Numbered from the stretch's first letter, positions 9,050 through 16,547 are shown. The stretch is DNA of 19,606 nucleotides from Candidatus Muiribacteriota bacterium (GCA_051747805.1 JBNJGP010000005.1:4142-23747), one strand, 5' to 3'. Made by a program: numbers and translations. The notes: a model not told the origin generated them from the letters alone.

Positions 9050-10144
9050 AATCAACTTGTTCTGCTCATCCTGTTTTACTTTTTTTAAAAAATCGACCTG
9101 TAAATCAATAAAATTGCCGGAATTTTTTTGGTTTAAATTCAAAATTTTATCTACATATTCGTCGGCAAAAGAACATGAAAAAATATATTTTTTGAAAATA
9201 GAAACTTTTCTTACAGCTTCTGGGTGGGCAAGAACAAAACAGCCTGCTGCAAGAGCCTGAATTATTTTTATGTTTATTCCAGAGCCGCAGCTGACAGGAC
9301 AGATAAAATATTTTGCTTTATTAAAAAGATTATCAAGATTCTCTGGATTATTTATTAACTCAACATTTTTACTTTTTTTTAATTTTACTTTTTTTATATT
9401 TTTACCCGCTACAATAAATTTAAAATCAGGCATCCTTCTGGCAATGTTAATAACATAATCCAGAGCCTTTATATTTGGATACCATTCAAAGTTTCCTGTA
9501 AAAAGTATTAAATCAAATGATTTTGCTGATTTTTTTTCTGGAATATCAAGCATGGGAATAATTTCCTGGGTTTGTTTTAAATTAAAAAAATGCTTTGGCC
9601 TTCCAGTTACAATTTTTTTTATTTTATCACTCTGAAGTATTTTTTTTTCAAATTTCAGCATTTTTTTATATTGAGAATAAACAAAAAGTTTAAAAATCAG
9701 GTTAAATTTATTTAATATAATTCTTTCCTTTAAAATATCTGAATGAAAATTATGGAAATCAACAATTAAATTATCTTTATTTAGATATTTAATATAATTT
9801 GCAGAAAATACAGTATCCAGATAGAAGAAATCATATTTTTTTTTATGTTTAATTAAAAACTGTTTAATTTTATTTGAGTAAAACCTGTTAATATAAGAAT
9901 ACTTTTTTTTAAAAAGAAACTTGAAAAAAGAAAATTTAAAATCTTTTTGAAATGGGATACAATTAATATTCAAACTTTCGGTCTCTTTTTTTAAAGTAGA
10001 TAATTCCTCTTCAGTATTAAAAAATGAGATTAAAGTAATATCAGAACAAACTTTTTTTAAAGTTTTAACTGTAAATAAAAGTTTAATACCACTTCCGCCT
10101 GATTTTTCATTTGGAATAAATGGTGAAATAATTAAAATTTTCAT
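9026..10144 (-). CDS. Glycosyltransferase family 4 (GT-B)
   Basis: MKILIISPFIP...GG, LFTGNFEWYPN, ICPVSCGSGINIKIIQALAAG. Overlaps the rex 3' end by 24 nt (convergent); ATGA coupling with the upstream gene. Confidence 0.85.
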   Translation of the reverse strand: MKILIISPFIPNEKSGGSGIKLLFTVKTLKKVCSDITLISFFNTEEELSTLKKETESLNINCIPFQKDFKFSFFKFLFKKKYSYINRFYSNKIKQFLIKHKKKYDFFYLDTVFSANYIKYLNKDNLIVDFHNFHSDILKERIILNKFNLIFKLFVYSQYKKMLKFEKKILQSDKIKKIVTGRPKHFFNLKQTQEIIPMLDIPEKKSAKSFDLILFTGNFEWYPNIKALDYVINIARRMPDFKFIVAGKNIKKVKLKKSKNVELINNPENLDNLFNKAKYFICPVSCGSGINIKIIQALAAGCFVLAHPEAVRKVSIFKKYIFSCSFADEYVDKILNLNQKNSGNFIDLQVDFLKKVKQDEQNKLILSTDIIT

Positions 10145-10851
10145 CCAGTTGTAAGAAGTTTAAAGCCGAATTTTAAATGCTCAATATAAATAGGAATATC
10201 TTTATGTTTATAAAAATTTATTTTCCCGTTTTTAGATATTTTAATTCTTCTTTCATCAAGACCAGTATTTAATTTTCCTGTAATAGCGGCAATATCATAT
10301 CCGTCAAAATTTATATCAAAATCGGCAATGTCACTTGCTTTGCCATAAACTGTTATTTTTTTAATATTTGAATGTCTGATTCTTTCACAGGTTACAGATT
10401 CAATAGTTATAAAGCGTTCTTTAAGGTCAAGCATTACAGATTCAACAGGAATTAGTGGTTCTATTTCAACAGTCAGAAGTTCACTTAAAAAAACCCTTGA
10501 ATTCTTTATAGCGGCAGCATCACCTAATGCTGCAATAAAGTTTTCGAAAATATAAAATCTTGCTTTAACAAGCTTTTTAAAATTTTCTTCTTTTTCAGAA
10601 CCTTTTTCAAACTTAACAATTTTAGCCCCTACAAGAGAGGATTGTTCGAGCTTGATATAGTTTCTGTTTTGTTCAACATGTTCTATGCCTGGGATGCCAA
10701 GTGATAAATTTGCCTTATGTTTTGGGTTGTTCAGTTTCTCAAATAAATTATTTAGGTCACATCCGGCAAGATCAAAATAGTTAATATTTTCAGAAAAAAA
10801 TTCTGAAACAATATTAGTTGGTTCGATTTGATTAGGATTTAAATTATTCAT
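10141..10851 (-). CDS. Hypothetical protein
   Basis: Long ORF coupled to the GT4 gene. Start set at ATG 10851 (MNNLNPNQ...) because the track's TTG start at 10887 coincides with a -35 box. Confidence 0.75.
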   Translation of the reverse strand: MNNLNPNQIEPTNIVSEFFSENINYFDLAGCDLNNLFEKLNNPKHKANLSLGIPGIEHVEQNRNYIKLEQSSLVGAKIVKFEKGSEKEENFKKLVKARFYIFENFIAALGDAAAIKNSRVFLSELLTVEIEPLIPVESVMLDLKERFITIESVTCERIRHSNIKKITVYGKASDIADFDINFDGYDIAAITGKLNTGLDERRIKISKNGKINFYKHKDIPIYIEHLKFGFKLLTTG

Positions 10852-10857
10852 AAAATA

Positions 10858-10887
10858 ATAATAAACGTAAATAATAAAAATAGTCAA
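10858..10887 (-). promoter_or_regulatory. Sigma70-type promoter, probably leaderless transcript
   Basis: Minus strand TTGACT(10887-10882)-N18-TATTAT(10863-10858), 6 nt before ATG 10851; no SD. Confidence 0.6.
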
Positions 10888-10931
10888 GTAATCAAAACAT
10901 TAATAAAAAAATCACACAATTTAAAAACTCC

Positions 10932-10960
10932 TTGAAAAAATGGGACTTTTAAATTAAAAT
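10932..10960 (+). promoter_or_regulatory. Sigma70-type promoter with a leadered transcript
   Basis: TTGAAA-N17-TAAAAT; SD AAGGAG at 10982-10987 before ATG 10996. Confidence 0.6.
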
Positions 10961-10995
10961 TAACGTAAGAATAATAATTATAAGGAGAAAATATA

Positions 10996-12594
10996 ATGAA
11001 TAAAAAGCATGTTATTATATTAATATTAATTCTATCTTTGACTTTTACATATTCAAACTCCAGAAACTTTTCTGGTTCTCTTCAACTGGGAAGTGAAGAA
11101 AAAAATTATGTTGCGGAAGAATTCAGACATATTATTTCTTCAGAAAAGAGTATTACACCTAAAACTGGCATGATGCCTGTTTTTGAAGAAAAACCATTTG
11201 AGCATGAAGATGAACTTATTAAAGATGTCAGGGATGTTATAAACAGCAAAAATGAGAACATAGAAGACACAGACGATAATTCAGATAAAAGTTCTGTAAA
11301 TAGTTTCGAGACAAATAACGGCAGTAATAATTCATCATCTGTTAACGCTACTCAGGATACACAGAGTTATTCTAATTCGGAATATTCAGATTATAAAAAT
11401 AAAAGTAATAATAATCGTAATCCAGAAGTAGTACCTATGCTTGAAAATTATATTAATCACTTTTCGAGGGTAAAAGTTATTGAAAATCAAATTAGAAATA
11501 ACCCGGATAAACCCTTAACCGAGGATGAGGAAAGAGAGTATGTAGAGTCCTTACATGAATTTGAAAATATCGGAACAGAAATAGCCGATGAAATTGAAAA
11601 TGCTGCAGAAAATACAATAAACTCAATAACCGAGTTTATACTTGATAATGTCAATAAAGGTGATTTAATTGCTCTGGGAAATGTCGTGGACGTTGTTTTA
11701 AGGTTTCTTGAATCAGAACAGAATATTATTGAACCTGAAGCAGCAGAAACACTGCATAAATATTTTTCCTATCTCTATTTTACAGTTGAAAAACTTATAG
11801 AATTTTTAGAAAGCGATGATATGATGGAAAAATATTATATTCTTTATGTAATAATTAATAATATATTTATAGAAGATTATGAAAAACTTGACGCTCCTGA
11901 AATAGATGAAGAAAAATTAATTTCAATCACAGAAGAGCCTGATGAGTATGAATCAAATATTGTTGCAGAACCTGATGAAAATGTTCAAAGCAGTGGTCAG
12001 CAGCAAGTATCTGGAAATATTTCAGTTGATATTGTTTTTTCAAATTTAATGGAAAACTTTGAGTTTACCGATGCTGATGCAATCAGTCCCGAGGCTATAC
12101 AGGCTTTTCTTGAAACAAAAGGAAGTGTATTGAAAAATAAATACAGGGGGCAGTTTCCGTCAACAATTATTTATGCCGTTTGTAGTGAGTACAATATAAA
12201 TCCTAAAGTTATACTTGCTACTATACAAAAAGAGCATAGTCTCATTTCAAGATCATCGGCTTCTCAGTCTCAGCTTGACTGGGCACTTGGGGTAGGCTGT
12301 TATGATGATGGTACAAAAAATCAGAAGTTTAAGGGGCTTGAAAAACAGCTGGCTTCCGCAGTTAAAGTTTTCAGACACTGGTATGATGATGGCTTAAATA
12401 GAAATGTTTCTAATAATAGTATTTCTATGCGGGTTAACTATAACAGTGCCAATTTAACTGTCGAAAATGAGGCATCTTATTCACTTTATAAATATACTCC
12501 CCATACTGTGGATATTAGATTATCTCAGAAGGGTGGTGGTAATTATCTTTTTGGTATGCTGTATAGACAGTATTTCGGAGGATTTTTAAGGTAA
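10996..12594 (+). CDS. Secreted protein with an N/S-rich linker and a C-terminal lysozyme-like (putative peptidoglycan hydrolase) domain
   Basis: Signal peptide; C-terminal motifs IQAFLETKGS, YNINPKVILATIQKEHSLI (candidate catalytic Glu), ALGVGC, YSLYKYTPH, GNYLF...YFG resemble lysozyme-fold cell-wall enzymes. The functional call is an inference. Confidence 0.65.
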   Translation: MNKKHVIILILILSLTFTYSNSRNFSGSLQLGSEEKNYVAEEFRHIISSEKSITPKTGMMPVFEEKPFEHEDELIKDVRDVINSKNENIEDTDDNSDKSSVNSFETNNGSNNSSSVNATQDTQSYSNSEYSDYKNKSNNNRNPEVVPMLENYINHFSRVKVIENQIRNNPDKPLTEDEEREYVESLHEFENIGTEIADEIENAAENTINSITEFILDNVNKGDLIALGNVVDVVLRFLESEQNIIEPEAAETLHKYFSYLYFTVEKLIEFLESDDMMEKYYILYVIINNIFIEDYEKLDAPEIDEEKLISITEEPDEYESNIVAEPDENVQSSGQQQVSGNISVDIVFSNLMENFEFTDADAISPEAIQAFLETKGSVLKNKYRGQFPSTIIYAVCSEYNINPKVILATIQKEHSLISRSSASQSQLDWALGVGCYDDGTKNQKFKGLEKQLASAVKVFRHWYDDGLNRNVSNNSISMRVNYNSANLTVENEASYSLYKYTPHTVDIRLSQKGGGNYLFGMLYRQYFGGFLR

Positions 12595-12600
12595 ATAAAC

Positions 12601-12629
12601 TTTAAATCTTAAAAAAACCATGATATAAT
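12601..12629 (+). promoter_or_regulatory. Extended -10 sigma70-type promoter, probably leaderless transcript
   Basis: TTTAAA-N17-TATAAT(12624-12629) with TG at 12621-12622, 6 nt before ATG 12636; no SD. Confidence 0.7.
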
Positions 12630-12635
12630 CCTCAT

Positions 12636-13364
12636 ATGAAAATATTTACATTGTTATTTCTTTTATTCTTGGTTCTGTGGTCTTTTTCATTAGATTTTGT
12701 CAACACCCCAGGATATGCTGAAAATTCCACGATTGAATTTCAGACAAGAACATATAAATCTCAGGGGAAAAATTATAACTTAAAAATGACGGCCTTAGAG
12801 GAAAGTTTTTTATTAGATAATAAACATCAAGTTTCGCTTAAATATAGAAATTTTACAAGCAGCGAAAAAAACCTTGATTACATATCTTCTTCTTTTGAGC
12901 TTAAATATCAACCTGTTGACTATTCAGATTTTATGCTTTATTACTTAAACTCCAGAAAAAACGATTTTTTTGATTCGGTAATTTTATATTTTAAAAATAT
13001 TGGAGTTGGGTTTAACTTCAACGGCGGAACCCGGGATATACAGGCATGGTCGCGTTTTGGAGGATTTAATTACCCTCTTTTGCTTAAACATATTGATAGT
13101 GGAGATGTGGACCTTAAGTCTAAAAATTATGTTGATAGAACCTTTTTTACAGCAAATTACAGACATCAAATAAATAAAGAATATTCTATAGTATTTGATT
13201 ATAATGGAGATATTAGTTCTTATGGGATAAAGTATGAAAAAAACAGGCTGTTTTTTGAATTTGGTAGATTTGAAAAAGGGGATTACGATAAAGTTGCCGA
13301 TTTAGTGGGGCTTGAGCTAAGTCGGAATTATTTCAGGTTTGTTTATAATTATGGAGGAAATTAA
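12636..13364 (+). CDS. Exported hypothetical protein, possibly an outer-membrane beta-barrel
   Basis: Signal peptide; aromatic-rich alternating segments (VSLKYR, YGIKYE, LFFEFG, YFRFVYNY near the C-terminus). Confidence 0.6.
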   Translation: MKIFTLLFLLFLVLWSFSLDFVNTPGYAENSTIEFQTRTYKSQGKNYNLKMTALEESFLLDNKHQVSLKYRNFTSSEKNLDYISSSFELKYQPVDYSDFMLYYLNSRKNDFFDSVILYFKNIGVGFNFNGGTRDIQAWSRFGGFNYPLLLKHIDSGDVDLKSKNYVDRTFFTANYRHQINKEYSIVFDYNGDISSYGIKYEKNRLFFEFGRFEKGDYDKVADLVGLELSRNYFRFVYNYGGN

Positions 13365-13367
13365 TTA

Positions 13368-14384
13368 ATGTATCAATTTATTCATTTTGCAATGGTTTTT
13401 ATTGGAACAATAACCGGTTTCACTATAGCCAACTATTATAGCAACAGTCCTTTTTTTATGGAATTGTTTCCCCAGAACACCATGTTATGGCTTTCACTTT
13501 TTTTTGGAAGCTCAGGGTATTTAATAGGCGTATTTGTTGCATTATTTATTAATCAGATTATAAAAAGGACATTATCACATATAGAGCCTGAAAAATTCAT
13601 TCCCCAGCTGACAGGTTTAACAGCAGGAATTGCTTTTGCAAATCTTATATTAATTCCAGTTTATATTTTTACCATAAATATTGAAAACCGACCACTTTTT
13701 GTTTATTTAAAGCTTTTAATACCGTTATTTTTTAATATTGTTTTTGCCGTTGCCGGTGTGAAGTTTGCCGAAAAATTTAAAACAGCAAGCAGTGTAGAAA
13801 AGGGTATTATTGTTGACTCAAATTTGCTTATTGACGGAAGAATCGAGAAAATTGCAAAGTTAAAACTATTTAATGCAAAACTGATAGTTCCTGATTTTAT
13901 ACTTGAAGAGCTTCAGATACTTGCTGATAATAAAGATGAGATTAAAAGAAAAAAAGGCAGAAAAGCGCTTGAAATACTTGAAAAATTAAAGAAAAAAAAT
14001 CTTGTGATAGTAATTTCTGATAGTGAAATTCAACAGGACAAAACATTTGATAATAAATTAATAGAAATTGCTCAAAAATATGGTTATATTTTATTCACAA
14101 ATGACTTTAATCTTATAAAAAAATCTAAAGTAATTGGTATAAAGACAGTTTTTTTAAAAGATTTTGAGGAGGCGTTAAAACCTTCTATTAGTTATGGAGA
14201 TTATTTAACAATAAAACTTATTAAAAAGGGCAGGGACAATAATCAGGCTGTAGGTTATCTTGAGGACGGAACTATGATAGTTGCCCATAATGCCAAAAAA
14301 TTTATTGGTGAAACTAAACAGGGAAAAGTAGAAAATATTGTTCAGACAAATGCCGGTAAAATAATTTTTATAGATATTATTTAA
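13368..14384 (+). CDS. Membrane-anchored PIN/TRAM domain protein (YacL family)
   Basis: Four N-terminal hydrophobic helices, IVDSNLLIDGRI, ILEELQILAD, KRKKGRKALEIL, TNDFNL, GYLEDGTMIV, QTNAGKIIF; GGAGG upstream. Confidence 0.9.
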   Translation: MYQFIHFAMVFIGTITGFTIANYYSNSPFFMELFPQNTMLWLSLFFGSSGYLIGVFVALFINQIIKRTLSHIEPEKFIPQLTGLTAGIAFANLILIPVYIFTINIENRPLFVYLKLLIPLFFNIVFAVAGVKFAEKFKTASSVEKGIIVDSNLLIDGRIEKIAKLKLFNAKLIVPDFILEELQILADNKDEIKRKKGRKALEILEKLKKKNLVIVISDSEIQQDKTFDNKLIEIAQKYGYILFTNDFNLIKKSKVIGIKTVFLKDFEEALKPSISYGDYLTIKLIKKGRDNNQAVGYLEDGTMIVAHNAKKFIGETKQGKVENIVQTNAGKIIFIDII

Positions 14385-14503
14385 ATTTTCTTCAGTTATC
14401 GGTATTTTTTAAAGCTATTTCTTATAATGTTGAAAAAAAAGAAAGTATGTGTTAATAATTATTATAATTTATAAAAATTATAAAATTTTGAGGGGTAACA
14501 ATA

Positions 14504-15280
14504 ATGATAGTAAAAGATATAATGATGAAAAATGTAATAAAAATTAATAAAAAAGAAAAAGCTTCAGAAATAAGAAAAAAAATGATGATGTATAATGTGA
14601 AAACAGTGGTTGTAACAGAAAAAGGTTCAATAAAGGGAATTGTTACAAACAATGAAATTATAAAAACACTTGATTTAAGCGAAACAGCCTCTGCAATAAT
14701 GGACAGAGATTTTATAACTGTTAAAGAGGGCGATACTGTTCAGGAGGCTGCAGCGACTTTACTTGAAAATAATATGTTATCTCTGCCGGTTGTGGACACA
14801 GAGGGACAACTTGCAGGATTAATTACAGAAACTGATATAGTTAAGGATATGGCAATTAATAGTAAAAAAACACAGCCAAGACTTTCACAGGAAAGACTTA
14901 CTATTTATCTTGCAATGACTGAAGACAGGGAAAGGGAAGAATACTGGCTCGAAAGATGTCAGCAGTATTCGCTTCCATGTGCCACAACACAGGTTGGTGC
15001 AAATGCAGAGAAGCTCGCGGTTAAAATGCGCGAATCTTCCATTGTTGCCGCAATAGCAAGAAACGTTATAAATGAGGACCCTAGAGAAAAAATAGCGGTT
15101 TCTAATGCAGTTAAAGATGTATATGCACAGATTAATCTCATAAATCCTGGATTGGGAGGCGGTTTTAAACTTGCTATAACCCGGGGTAATGGAATAGTCG
15201 TTGCGGCAGCTTATGGTAGATGTGGTCATTCACTTGCAAACGGACCTCAAGTATTAAATACAGGGTATAGTATTATATGA
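14504..15280 (+). CDS. CBS-pair / HutP-family fusion protein
   Basis: Two CBS motifs (VKDIMMKNV...GIVT; IMDRDFITV...LPVVD...GLITETDI), then a HutP-like domain (LAMTEDRERE, ESSIVAAIARNVI, GFKLAITR...VAAAYGRCG); GAGGGG SD. Confidence 0.8.
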   Translation: MIVKDIMMKNVIKINKKEKASEIRKKMMMYNVKTVVVTEKGSIKGIVTNNEIIKTLDLSETASAIMDRDFITVKEGDTVQEAAATLLENNMLSLPVVDTEGQLAGLITETDIVKDMAINSKKTQPRLSQERLTIYLAMTEDREREEYWLERCQQYSLPCATTQVGANAEKLAVKMRESSIVAAIARNVINEDPREKIAVSNAVKDVYAQINLINPGLGGGFKLAITRGNGIVVAAAYGRCGHSLANGPQVLNTGYSII

Positions 15281-15284
15281 ATTT

Positions 15285-15977
15285 TCACTTTGCAAAATTA
15301 ACAACACCCATATTCTGATATAAATTTTCATTTTTCATAATAAAATCAATATCATGCTTTACAGAGCTGAGATTATTTACAGCTTTGACTTTTTTATTTT
15401 CTCCGAGAATATTATTACCGCTTTCATCAATGAAAAAATATTCTATCTCGTTTTCCGCATCAATTAATACAATATCTGGAAACTCCGTTGCTGCCGGTTT
15501 TATTAGCCCAGGAGGCAGTACAATATTGCCGAGTGCACGATTTTTATCATCAAACATCTCCACTCTAATTAGTTGACTGGTTAAATTATCATCAAGGTCA
15601 ATTTCACTAAGATTAAATTTATTACCACCAATTAAAACTTCTGCAAGGGATTTATCACCTATTGAAACAAGTTCAAGATCCGAATAATTAAAACCAGCTT
15701 CTGCCTCAAATTCTCCGGTTTCAGAGTTAAAATTTTCAGGTTTAACAGGGATTTTAAAGTCTCCAACGTGAATATTAATACTATTTATTTTGTCCATTGA
15801 TAATAAATTATTTTGACTGGATGAATAATGCAGAGGAGAATTATTAAAATTTTCCTCTGTTACAAAAGTGCCTGAAAAATTGGTTTTAAAAAGATTAAGC
15901 CCCATTTCCTCGTCTAGACATCCTGTAAGAAATAAAGCTGCAGTTAATAGTAAAGCAATTTTAATTATTTTTTTCAT
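15285..15977 (-). CDS. Hypothetical lipoprotein
   Basis: MKKIIKIALLLTAALFLTGC with lipobox LTG-C20; GGAGG SD at 15989-15985, 7 nt before the ATG. Confidence 0.85.
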   Translation of the reverse strand: MKKIIKIALLLTAALFLTGCLDEEMGLNLFKTNFSGTFVTEENFNNSPLHYSSSQNNLLSMDKINSINIHVGDFKIPVKPENFNSETGEFEAEAGFNYSDLELVSIGDKSLAEVLIGGNKFNLSEIDLDDNLTSQLIRVEMFDDKNRALGNIVLPPGLIKPAATEFPDIVLIDAENEIEYFFIDESGNNILGENKKVKAVNNLSSVKHDIDFIMKNENLYQNMGVVNFAK

Positions 15978-16001
15978 TTTGTACCCTCCCTCTCTTAAAA
16001 G

Positions 16002-16420
16002 CAGTTATTGTTTGTTTTCAACAAATAAGTAAAATCACCTATCAGTGATAGTAAATGGTCTTCGACCAAGTAATAATGTAGAGCTCTTTCAGCAGCGAAA
16101 AGAGTGCTTATAGCACGTGTAGAACTCGTTTCACTCGCGTTTAGAGCAAGCTTTGCTTTGCGTTAGGAGCAAATGATTTAAACGCAACCACAGGTTGCTA
16201 TTTTCGCTGACTTTGTCAGCCTCTACTCGTTAGCTTAGCGAACTCTTTACGGAACTTTAGTTCCTCTCACGGACAATTTATTGTCCTCTTACTAAGTTTT
16301 AAACTGTCAGCTTCAGCTGACTTCACTGTTGATGATAATCAACTTTACTATCATCGTAAGATGATTTTACTTGTTTACAAAGTAAACATTTACTTGTTCA
16401 ATATAATTGAACAATAACTG
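16002..16420. repeat. Non-coding array of 17 mini-hairpins separated by conserved 6-7 nt linkers, arranged as nested inverted arms
   Basis: 11-bp terminal inverted repeat CAGTTATTGTT(16002-16012)/AACAATAACTG(16410-16420). Linkers are AGTAAA-type then GTNNAGA-type on the left, TCTNNAC-type then TTTACT-type on the right. Each intervening 13-19 nt unit is a different palindrome. Confidence 0.9.
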
Positions 16421-16516
16421 TTCCTATATTTTCTATCGGGATTTAACTATTTTGAAGTAAAAGAAGAGGGGTTATATTCAAAATTTACCACTAACCACGG
16501 CATCAAGCATTTAAAT

Positions 16517-16547
16517 AAAAAAAGAGGCTTTTTTCAAAGCCTCTTTT
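16517..16547 (-). terminator. Rho-independent terminator of the large acidic protein gene
   Basis: AAAAGAGGCTTT(16520-16531)-4 nt loop-AAAGCCTCTTTT(16536-16547), with a 7-U tract on the minus strand, about 30 nt after the stop at 16576. Confidence 0.85.

Noticed and set aside
9530..9910. A8-A9 homopolymer runs in the glycosyltransferase as phase-variation tracts
   Set aside because: Similar runs occur throughout this AT-rich window and the frame is intact.
16002..16420. CRISPR array
   Set aside because: Constant units are only 6-7 nt, the variable units are 13-19 nt palindromes, orientation flips mid-array, and no cas genes are in the window.
16002..16420. tRNA, tmRNA, RNase P, SRP RNA or a known riboswitch
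   Set aside because: No conserved motif of these classes was recognised, and the regular linker-hairpin period does not fit them. An Rfam search is still needed.
16433..16460. Sigma28-like -10 (CCCGATAG, minus strand) upstream of the array; similar ACCGATAA near 14400
   Set aside because: No TAAA at the proper spacing in either case, and the 14400 site would point antisense into the PIN/TRAM gene.
16485..16494. TTACCACTAA matching the reverse complement of 1504-1513
   Set aside because: Only 10 bp with no extension, so it is compatible with chance.
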